Of a stretch of 64,000 nt of DNA, positions 57,701 to 64,000 are shown piece after piece. The notes under the pieces are model-generated. The model saw only the letters and a list, made by a program, of their open reading frames with translations. It was not told the origin of the DNA and did not search any database. The DNA is from Clostridia bacterium. Its GTDB lineage: Bacteria > Bacillota > Clostridia > Christensenellales > UBA1242. The position numbers and the translations under genes were made by a program. Numbering within the stretch: position 1 is the stretch's first letter; every line of letters begins with the position of its first letter. The DNA lies in contig JAZUAE010000012.1 in assembly GCA_045637805.1 (NCBI GenBank), positions 135,532 through 199,531 of the forward strand, written 5' to 3'.

Positions 57701-60700
57701 CTTTTCCACTGTATATGTCGTTAACTATTACAACGTATTCAACATCAGACTCTTCATTACCTTCAACTTTGAATGTAAATTCGTATTCGTCTCTAGTTGT
57801 TGATTCCTTTATGATAGATGATATGTCTACAACTTTTGTTATGGTGCTTGAGTAGTTACCATTAGAAACTTTGTAAGTAATGAGATAACCAACTTGTACT
57901 GTTTCAAATGAGTGGGCAACATCTGTTATAGCTATTTCACCGACTTCGTCAAGTGTCATGTCGTTGACATCACCTTTTTGAGCAAATCCATTAATTACGC
58001 TACCAGTAAAATTATAACTTGTGCCAGCTAATACTTTAAAGTGATAGCTGTTATCATTATATGCAGATGATAGGAAGTTGCCTAATGCGCTTTGAACATA
58101 TGATGATGCTATGTTACCAGTTATGTTGTATGTATTTAGGTCAAGTGTGCCATCGAGTGTAACGTTATATGTGATATCAACTAATTTAACAAACCTTGCA
58201 ACCTTGTGGATAATACCATTAGATATTGCGCTGTTGTAATTATTTGAAATCTTGATGTAAGAAGATCCTGTCTCCTTAATTTCAGCATACCAACCGATGA
58301 ATAGGTAAGTATTGCCGTTATAAGTTACTGTCGGAATTGACGCATCAAGCATTGTAAGAGCTGATTTGTTAACCTTTGTAAAGGTTGAGCCATTGTCAGA
58401 AATTTCAAAGCTTTCAGATTTCTCATAAGTGTCTGGAGCTGCTGTCTTGTCATACTTAGCAATTGTTGCTATGTTTTTCTCAACTGTGAATGAAAAACTG
58501 TTTGAATATGAGTACACAGAGATAGAACTTGATGGTTGTTCATTATTGTAAATATAGAAACCTTGGAAATTATAGTTTACATTAACCTGATTATTAATGT
58601 TATCTTCTGTTTTTCTTATATTGATCTCAGTGCCGTAAGGAACACTTGTTGTGTAAGAAAGGACAGATGATTCAGGTTTATACAGTGTAAGAGGTATAGT
58701 AGCATTGAAAGTTTCTGAATAAGGATATTTGAAAGCAATAAGCAATGTTTGGTTTAGGTCGTCGGCATAATCATTGCCTCCGATGAGATCTATAACTGAA
58801 TCGGCATAGTTACTATTTTCAACAGCTAAACGAATATCTATGTTGAAGTTTTTAACAAATCTTGCTTCTATAACAAGGTGATTTGCTGCATTGAATGTAT
58901 AATCAACATTTGCAATATTGCTATAGCTACCAAATTTATATTCGCCGTTAATAAAGTAACCTACGAATGTGTATCCTGTATTAACATATACTTCTGGAAG
59001 TGTAATACTTGTACCGATATCGCTTACAGTGAATATTGTTTTTTCAGGGGTGCTAATTGTACCACCGATTGCATTGCTTTCAGCCTCGCCATTGATTGTT
59101 CTAGTAACGTATGAAATGTTGTATTTTGTAGCATATTTAGCAGTAACTTTTGCGGTGTTTAAATAGTAAGATGTTCCTGAAAGGGTATAGTTAAAATCAG
59201 ATGAAACAAATTCGTCATTTACATACCAACCGAGGAATATATGTGTCTTAATGTTGTCCGCAACTAACATTAAATCAATATTTTTTCTTATTATAAACTG
59301 TTTGCTTTCATAATTATCAAGACTAATAGAATTAATTTCACTGAAAATGCCTTGCTTTGAATCTGTTGCTGGATCAATGTAATCGTGAACAAAAGAACCA
59401 AGTGCTTTAACTGTTAGGCTTGAGTTGTTTGAAAGTTCGCCATCAACTTCACGAATTACAGTTACGACATTTGTTTCAAGGAACTTAGCAACAATCATCA
59501 ATTTTTTAGTTTCGTTAGTCATGTCTTTTGTGATTGTAAAACCTTCGTTAGATGAAACAAACTTGCCGTTTACATACCAACCAGCAAATGTTAATTTGCT
59601 AGACTTTTCAATCATTGTTATAGTTGGCTCGATTGTTTTAGGGTAAGCAATTTCTTCAGCATATGAAAATGTTTTTTCAAATGATCCATCGAAATGGAAT
59701 TTAAATATATATGCATTTGTTGGTTGACCGTCAACCTCAGGTATGAAGTTAACAACAATTGCGCCTGTAATTCTGATTAATATATTAGTAGAGTCGCTTG
59801 ATTGCTCTATAAAATATTGATCAGCATAAGGTGTATCTATATATTTAGTAACAATAGGTTCTTTTGCAGAATAGAATGTGAATGAGTTTTTATACACATT
59901 ACCTGTAAGACCTTTAGTAAACAATTCATTGCTTAAAGTTACAGTTTTGTTGTGTCCGTATATATCCACATAGGCGATATGGATTTGGAACGTATTTTTC
60001 ATATCGTCTAAAGTATCGCCATCGTTTAAGAACACTTCAGTATTGTATGTGTATTGTTTGTATTTATTATATTCAAACAATAAATCAACAGTTTTTCCAG
60101 CATTTTGACTGATTGCTGGTACTTGATAGTTAAAGTTAGTGTCGGTAGAAATTAGTGTGCCGTTAGCCTTCATTCCAGTAAAGGCGTAACTAAACAGTGT
60201 TGTAGTTACATATTTGCTAGGAACATCAATGTTTATAACAGTGCCTGCAGGAACTTTAAATGAGTCCCTTAGTATTATATGTTCAACTTCTGAACCATAC
60301 TGATTTTTGTATCTAAAGTATAATGATTGTAAGTATAAATAATAATTATCACTAGGTACTTGTTGGCTAACGTTTATTGTAATGTATGGAACATAACATA
60401 TTTTAATATCCATGTCGCCAGTAACAGTTGCTTCATATGAACCATCTGATGGGATATTTTCTTGCTCTCCGTTAACAAATATTTTAACAGGGATTAAGCC
60501 GTTTATTTCAGTTGTTAAATTTCTAATCGTGAATTCATCACCGATTTCTAGTGAGTCTATAGAAAATGTCGATACTTTTGGTGATGACGGTTGCAATATA
60601 GCCAAATGGTAACCATCGAAATTAAAATATGCTTTAAACGCTTTTGGTTTTCCTTGGAGTTCAACACTGTCATATTCTAATAATTGAATATTTGCTTTAT

Positions 60701-63700
60701 AGACTATAGTGTAATTAATAACAATATTGTTTATATCTTTATCAAAGTAATTACTATTGATACGAAGAGTGAGGTCGTCAATGTTGTCAATTTTTTGTTG
60801 ATTAACTGTTATGCTATCTACTTCGAATGAGTCTTGAGTTGTTATTTCTATGTTAAGACTTGTGCCGCTCATTATATAAGTTTTATTATTATAGTTAACA
60901 ACGTTGTTACAAGAATCATTAACTGATAAGTTGTATTTGCTTTGTGAGATATCATAAGAACCAGCTCCTTCAAAGCCTTCAGCATTTGTGAGAGTAATTT
61001 CTTTTATGAGTACAAATTGCGCTGTAACATTTGAAAATCTGATTTGTGAAGCTTGAATTGTAAATATTGTTTCACTAGATAGACAAATATAATCAGTGAA
61101 CCAACCCATGAATGCATACAATTTTCCATCATGTTCAATTATTGTATTGTCAATGGAGAATGTAATTTTTGTTTCGTCATCAAAAGCGAACACAGAACTA
61201 TAATTAATACTTGCATACCCATTCATAGCCCCAAGACCTTCACCAGTTGTGCCAACGTATTGACCATTATATGTTAGGTTTATTATATTCTCAAAAGTTG
61301 TATCACTACTTATTATAGGTGAAGCATTTGATGTGCTCACTGATTCATAGAGTGATGTATCAACTGTTATTTCTACTATTGCAGGGATATGAGCTTTAAT
61401 ATGATAGAGCATATTATCTGCACTTAGATTGTATTCGTTATTAATTTTATTATCTTCGTACAAGAACTTGATAGGGAATGGGTTAGCATGAACATTATAA
61501 AATACATCATTTTCGTCCTTAAAACCTTCAGATGTTGTTTTTGCACTATTGTTGATATAGTAATTTTCAAGCTTATCATTTAATCCTGAATTTACGATTT
61601 CAAGGTCAGATCTTTCTCTATCAAAGTAGCCATAGATGTGTAGGTCAAGACCTTTGAGCTCTGCAGTGAGGAGCGCGTTAGTATCATCTTTTGCGAATTT
61701 AATAAACGATCCAACAGTAGCGTCTAAGTTGCTAGAAATAGATCCATTAGTCGCAAAGTAGTTGCCAAGAGTAAAGTTTGCACCATTATGATAATTCTTA
61801 CCATTTTCTATTTTATAGAATCCGGCTACTTCAAAGTAGAAGAGTAGGATAGGTTTAACGTCATCAAACTCGAGAGAAATTGCGTTATTTGGAATGTCAA
61901 GCACGCCGTTTTCGTTTTTGTCTTCACCGTCGTCAAGCTTGCCGTTTCTATTTAAATCTTCATTCACTACGAATAAGAATTGACCCATGTCGATTGTGAA
62001 TGTGTTGGTGTCATTTAACACAACATCTGCGCATTTTATTGCGTCGCCGAGGTAGTTTCTAACGTTTGTGGTTAAAATAGTATCAGTTATCTGTTTTTCA
62101 CCGTTTGTACCTGTAAGTTTAATGTTGTCATTGCTTAGACTGAATCTATATCCGCCGTTTGGTGTTACAGTGATGTCAATATCTTGGTCGATGAATACTT
62201 TACCAGTAATTGTTGTAATATTATCAACTGTAGTATATGTGAACGATTTACCATCATATTGATATGAATGAATAATAACGTCCATCATAGTGTTGTCGAA
62301 CTTGAATTCGAAGTCTCTTATTCTCTTGAATAGGGCAATGATACTTGTGTCGGCATTAGAGTGAGTTACATAAGGAAGGGTGAGATCACTGCTCATAAGC
62401 TCATAATCTGTCCACTTTCTTGAGATTGCACCATACTCATCAATAACTTCTTCACATTTAGCTTCATACCAGCCAAGGAATGCAACGTCGTCTGGAAGTG
62501 TAAAGCCTTCAAACCCTTTAAGTAAGAGCATTGTGCTTTCTACTATTGAAAGGTCTTGTGTTTGATAAGAATTTACAGATTCATTATTTTTAGGTATGTA
62601 TATCGGCATTTGGAACTCTTTATAGAAGTTCATTGTAGTTGAGCCCGCAATGTCGGTATAAACAATAGGGTCAACGAGAGTTGTTTCAGTGTCAACTGCG
62701 TTCATGAACAAATATCCGAGCATACCGCCATCAGCATATATGGTTGATGAAAACTCTGGAATGCTATCTGTATTGTAAATAAGTGAACCATTAGCGTTTA
62801 CGCCATCGATAAGCATTGATTGTATGTTGAATGTGTAGATTACAAGTCCAGAAAGGTTGAAGTAGTTAACAATGCCTGACATGAATGGGCCAACGCCTTT
62901 TGCTAAATAAGACTTTGTTTCATCATAACCATTCTTAGCGAAGTTTGCATATTTGATTATTGTCTTTATTGATTCAAATATTTGATCCATGTCGGTTGTT
63001 ATCTCGGTAATTTTACCACCAAATAAATCAAATAAGAATTCACCATTTTGATCAGCATATACATCTTTTGTTGTAACGCCGCCAACAAAGAATGCAAATT
63101 CATCTTTAACGGCTCTGTTCAGCTCAACCATAATATTTGTGAATTCTTCGCTGTTTGCAGATTTCTTTTGTGCTTTAATGTAGCTTCCTTCACTAATTCT
63201 CGTATTTCCTGATTCAGGACTTAAAATATCTTTTACATCCGCCCAGTTTTTCAAGCTGAAGAGTTTTGTTGTTGAATTATAGTTAATATAATTTGTTAAC
63301 AATACACCTTCATTATCATATAAGTTGAAGAATTTTTGGTAGAAGTCATAGTCACGACCGGCTAGAATGTCACCAACGAGTGACATAGCACGGTATGGGT
63401 GACGGATAAGATGAGCATTGTCGTTTTCAGAAGTGTCTGCATTTCTATCAAAAGTTATCTTGAATATATAATAGAAATAGTCAACTTGTTCGACGCCATC
63501 GCCCTGTTGATTTTGAGTATGTAAATCAATATAACTTTCTTCAGGCTCTAGGATAGGGGTTACGTTGTATGCAGTTGAGCCAAGGCCGAGAGTATGTATC
63601 GCTAGGCTGTAACCACGTTTTACTTTAACAACATAGATTGTGGTTGTGTTAACATCAAAGAAGAAATCAGTGTTTGTTAATAATGAATTATCTTGATCTT

Positions 63701-64000
63701 TATTGTCAACATCGCCATCATTATCTATATCACGATCGCTTAAGTGATTGATCCAGTAGCTTGTTCCACTGTTTGGAGCTAGTTGATTTTTTAATTCTAA
63801 CCAAGTTGTATTAGTATTAAATTTGTAATTTCCTGATGTCGCTATGTCATTGAGGGTCGTTGATAAGCCTTTGGCATCATCATAAATATTGTAGGTTTCA
63901 GCATAAGAATTATTCAAGCCTTTAACCTGTTTGTCTGTTTGTGTTAAGTCGTCTCCGTAGAGGTCTGTTCTTATATTATTTGATGTTCTGTCACCTTTGA
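51771..64000 (-). CDS. Giant surface protein, 5'-partial (more than 4070 aa in window), many InlB-B/Listeria-Bacteroides-type repeats, Ca-binding-like Asp-rich loops, C-terminal double TM anchor
   Basis: The frame stays open beyond the TTG at 63917 to the window edge (KGDRTSNNIRTDLYGDDLTQTDKQVKG upstream). More than 8 F.GW(Y/F) repeat units (FLGWYEAK, FMGWFTDY, FAGWYVNG, FLGWYVND, FVGYFING, FIGWYAEI...). DIDNDGDVDNKD and NRNGKLDDGEDKNENGVLD loops. C-terminal hydrophobic pair GIIGIATVTAVGVGLLTYF...VIGTVLLALSVAGVAVYTIALI. TAA at 51771-51773. Confidence 0.88.
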   Translation of the reverse strand, partial: KGDRTSNNIRTDLYGDDLTQTDKQVKGLNNSYAETYNIYDDAKGLSTTLNDIATSGNYKFNTNTTWLELKNQLAPNSGTSYWINHLSDRDIDNDGDVDNKDQDNSLLTNTDFFFDVNTTTIYVVKVKRGYSLAIHTLGLGSTAYNVTPILEPEESYIDLHTQNQQGDGVEQVDYFYYIFKITFDRNADTSENDNAHLIRHPYRAMSLVGDILAGRDYDFYQKFFNLYDNEGVLLTNYINYNSTTKLFSLKNWADVKDILSPESGNTRISEGSYIKAQKKSANSEEFTNIMVELNRAVKDEFAFFVGGVTTKDVYADQNGEFLFDLFGGKITEITTDMDQIFESIKTIIKYANFAKNGYDETKSYLAKGVGPFMSGIVNYFNLSGLVIYTFNIQSMLIDGVNANGSLIYNTDSIPEFSSTIYADGGMLGYLFMNAVDTETTLVDPIVYTDIAGSTTMNFYKEFQMPIYIPKNNESVNSYQTQDLSIVESTMLLLKGFEGFTLPDDVAFLGWYEAKCEEVIDEYGAISRKWTDYELMSSDLTLPYVTHSNADTSIIALFKRIRDFEFKFDNTMMDVIIHSYQYDGKSFTYTTVDNITTITGKVFIDQDIDITVTPNGGYRFSLSNDNIKLTGTNGEKQITDTILTTNVRNYLGDAIKCADVVLNDTNTFTIDMGQFLFVVNEDLNRNGKLDDGEDKNENGVLDIPNNAISLEFDDVKPILLFYFEVAGFYKIENGKNYHNGANFTLGNYFATNGSISSNLDATVGSFIKFAKDDTNALLTAELKGLDLHIYGYFDRERSDLEIVNSGLNDKLENYYINNSAKTTSEGFKDENDVFYNVHANPFPIKFLYEDNKINNEYNLSADNMLYHIKAHIPAIVEITVDTSLYESVSTSNASPIISSDTTFENIINLTYNGQYVGTTGEGLGAMNGYASINYSSVFAFDDETKITFSIDNTIIEHDGKLYAFMGWFTDYICLSSETIFTIQASQIRFSNVTAQFVLIKEITLTNAEGFEGAGSYDISQSKYNLSVNDSCNNVVNYNNKTYIMSGTSLNIEITTQDSFEVDSITVNQQKIDNIDDLTLRINSNYFDKDINNIVINYTIVYKANIQLLEYDSVELQGKPKAFKAYFNFDGYHLAILQPSSPKVSTFSIDSLEIGDEFTIRNLTTEINGLIPVKIFVNGEQENIPSDGSYEATVTGDMDIKICYVPYITINVSQQVPSDNYYLYLQSLYFRYKNQYGSEVEHIILRDSFKVPAGTVINIDVPSKYVTTTLFSYAFTGMKANGTLISTDTNFNYQVPAISQNAGKTVDLLFEYNKYKQYTYNTEVFLNDGDTLDDMKNTFQIHIAYVDIYGHNKTVTLSNELFTKGLTGNVYKNSFTFYSAKEPIVTKYIDTPYADQYFIEQSSDSTNILIRITGAIVVNFIPEVDGQPTNAYIFKFHFDGSFEKTFSYAEEIAYPKTIEPTITMIEKSSKLTFAGWYVNGKFVSSNEGFTITKDMTNETKKLMIVAKFLETNVVTVIREVDGELSNNSSLTVKALGSFVHDYIDPATDSKQGIFSEINSISLDNYESKQFIIRKNIDLMLVADNIKTHIFLGWYVNDEFVSSDFNYTLSGTSYYLNTAKVTAKYATKYNISYVTRTINGEAESNAIGGTISTPEKTIFTVSDIGTSITLPEVYVNTGYTFVGYFINGEYKFGSYSNIANVDYTFNAANHLVIEARFVKNFNIDIRLAVENSNYADSVIDLIGGNDYADDLNQTLLIAFKYPYSETFNATIPLTLYKPESSVLSYTTSVPYGTEINIRKTEDNINNQVNVNYNFQGFYIYNNEQPSSSISVYSYSNSFSFTVEKNIATIAKYDKTAAPDTYEKSESFEISDNGSTFTKVNKSALTMLDASIPTVTYNGNTYLFIGWYAEIKETGSSYIKISNNYNSAISNGIIHKVARFVKLVDITYNVTLDGTLDLNTYNITGNIASSYVQSALGNFLSSAYNDNSYHFKVLAGTSYNFTGSVINGFAQKGDVNDMTLDEVGEIAITDVAHSFETVQVGYLITYKVSNGNYSSTITKVVDISSIIKESTTRDEYEFTFKVEGNEESDVEYVVIVNDIYSGKEIQSFNFTKETNDTAKFTAKHGELITIYLLNRNKIDMHMSYTVNNIEIPGSNKTPAYQFYALNFDSKDIVATVGIEHQVIVENQEDTFGFGVTELDRNVVNISSIDGYAISHVMIKVNGVDSDFQILNQSFTETSKGESYGITDVAPTSIIVTKYPSLLPTSDGYAIKAIKITISNELLAKYDVQIKPYYVKLVSLYINGIDPNDYTLDEDTYTYYMYDADSNTDTANWTGESNSDPYISSLKSGDFYESDLKSVILALSSKSDDDFLKIARDSFVNVSYNNDKFDMTFNIVGAVDEIIFNPTTSNSSIHQVMINHSRYIVYQIYAIADIKEFNTDINSLIKARIVYPDGSTEELEITEFTSTEITFKSVYCHLSDAHALEIYAVNNSFTMNGYSNSRDLSKGIFTTSSRVTLSDGIHAGSTVGSQSGYRYSLYAHLTINTRTISIDFDNDIYINNKDYEQKSTENNRYNYKLSADTQVSYIESENNYTYQLKGSNKTIVYPVGRYSEFTITPCDFIETTDILSGASVYEYNHYRITNFVNAKTLEILNTNKYDNSISINTENFLVDSTIQIQTIKLVTPSVNVVKSTNTTTYDGDYTQKLEVYYNSSWQQISTTGAYVEPHLLVRVSSTYTRKNNDSIPYILSATKKVNKSLSDITAFNTIQNTLDSDGKTILAQTLTHVFTANADTAITFNYHESIPQNKFVIVLSALHGLGYMIEGSTYSKDNFSFDTYPLLDKNPLSAILITEFPTGAQEEYISKMIRDVKAIDIETYNTPIQTKFNIELGIDYALLSKIINVNYFSTGIDVIINQLKNLYDSTKADGGEEFVALRNKYLYELINNSWKTKDTYILSLADKNQTTDIGVQEDAALSSDQKAEVSTSASSNKTTDYIFNKYTGLNNSGVIIAKDTSVTLKAEIKDNYFFKGFYSVTSAYVSPLSNVTTNLSNKEVLNHYIDAVSEPTSPLNSLMSLIKIGSNYNISGNYYTADATISADTLIFALYEAKTFKITVNNVEASVALDGESPILDEEDQQIVIEPTDYSVHNSDLGSVTGNLLVEANSNAMFASINYPGFKIVGWTGYKTTNTAWVDTNTALSSQVLSWTGSDIQFNNGSDLDADISSYKNQMNIDYDGLKATTKSYSIYNPQAITGDTENRLYNKTMQINAVESQLSSRNNLKVYAVTEDITINAFYLSESLVINIKLAEILGVTTLTDKGESSTEIVFTEEVHKINKEEDVNSLSPYVYTNVDDSGHKLPYFTKIGLNLIDLAKSKATGHLIYKNNEPVYVNGISDGSDPYFRYMYDGGYLVHASGSNYYIKYTPIEDETDFDGLSEIYNPENNKNIQIYTIMSYYSNTTLTHINDYIEKVDNNDRIKDEGYSLIEGLINISFGSTPEDINTYYNDVKKRVRLDIDFDNKTITIKLFVQNENGAFPVVNVQMGTKNSLIQDNVVTAHSFNVSAVDYTKNDSYAYDLYSGKNILSTNMPTSTSSNQISGFYINRQDTDPMPSNINLNIKANFMYNAQIVDLKFTDIGGEPDNNNYPKADCHNKYWEGKNAKTVTYLGELYKDQDTFRNAYKQFTNNFSGMYVTIIKGTETYLSRLNAMLDTYFPNPADTPKNHVDAFLENERSFAEELKRNIVWGVGFNGSEQRNNLYAAAYTFIVQLINILSSVDINEDIQNNILSTGYVNITDILDHGGDVSIKRFLNIDRLINILFDTNFKGYDDLNNFFEYKTINVGKYMEYLNSDIYTSGNVKNYQSSNFADLIATNYNFGDTIRFDSYVTVHNAEQTNLSVSEKTWILPRIVWWADKGYKYYKTLTNCGFTITSVLGTHDAKSTSALNSSSQSNEMTIQEAINILSLKQGPQVEAETLAFTSTTPEKNAFGGSIGKDITHLQISLDDTQRIYYQDRDWDEIPAGIIGIATVTAVGVGLLTYFTAGLATTVIGTVLLALSVAGVAVYTIALIDNLINKLPNNSPFRNIFM

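Noticed and set aside
870-63000. Numerous 60-165 aa antisense or off-frame ORFs nested in large genes (e.g. 870..1229, 8175..8669, 10618..11070, 25804..26115, 43144..43449, 58878..59166)
   Set aside because: They are shadow ORFs inside well-supported CDS. They give low-complexity translations and have no RBS or independent signals.
1-64000. Alternative genetic code 4 (TGA=Trp), suggested by the absence of TGA stops and the in-frame TGA in one ORF
   Set aside because: Forty CDS, including ORFs of 2295 and more than 4000 codons, contain no in-frame TGA, and Trp is consistently TGG. A code-4 AT-rich genome would use TGA heavily.
1-64000. Prophage, IS element, integrative element or known defence system
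   Set aside because: No integrase, transposase, recombinase, phage structural genes, restriction-modification genes, cas genes, or nucleotide-cyclase/effector pairs were recognisable in any frame.

Overview
AT-rich (roughly one-third G+C by eye) bacterial chromosome segment, probably from a low-GC Bacillota (Firmicutes)-type organism; that placement is inference from gene content and signal style. Gene calls fit the standard genetic code, SD-type RBSs (AGGAG) and hairpin plus T-run terminators. Housekeeping genes are a type IIA topoisomerase pair (ParE/ParC-like), gltX, polA, a tandem-OB SSB-like gene and two tRNA-Leu. About 37% of the window is taken by three very large repetitive surface proteins: one 5'-partial of more than 1600 aa, one of 2295 aa, and one 5'-partial of more than 4070 aa. 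No integrase, transposase, cas gene, CRISPR array or rRNA was seen. The most unusual item is a mosaic intergenic repeat family made of the heptamer ATGAAGA (complement TCTTCAT) alternating with short, different hairpins. It occurs at four loci, always next to terminators in convergent gaps. At 47.2-47.8 kb two inverted arms enclose a decayed four-helix-bundle ORF (Avd / 23S-rRNA-IVS protein family) with an in-frame TGA; at 19.5 kb the two arms abut with no ORF. Other observations: 0 of 40 visible stop codons are TGA; a translationally coupled pair of mTERF-like helical-repeat proteins sits next to a CYTH protein; a G8 tract lies in a lipoprotein promoter spacer; one tRNA-Leu folds with anticodon AAG; two terminators share a conserved hairpin tip; a small TIR-flanked element follows polA.
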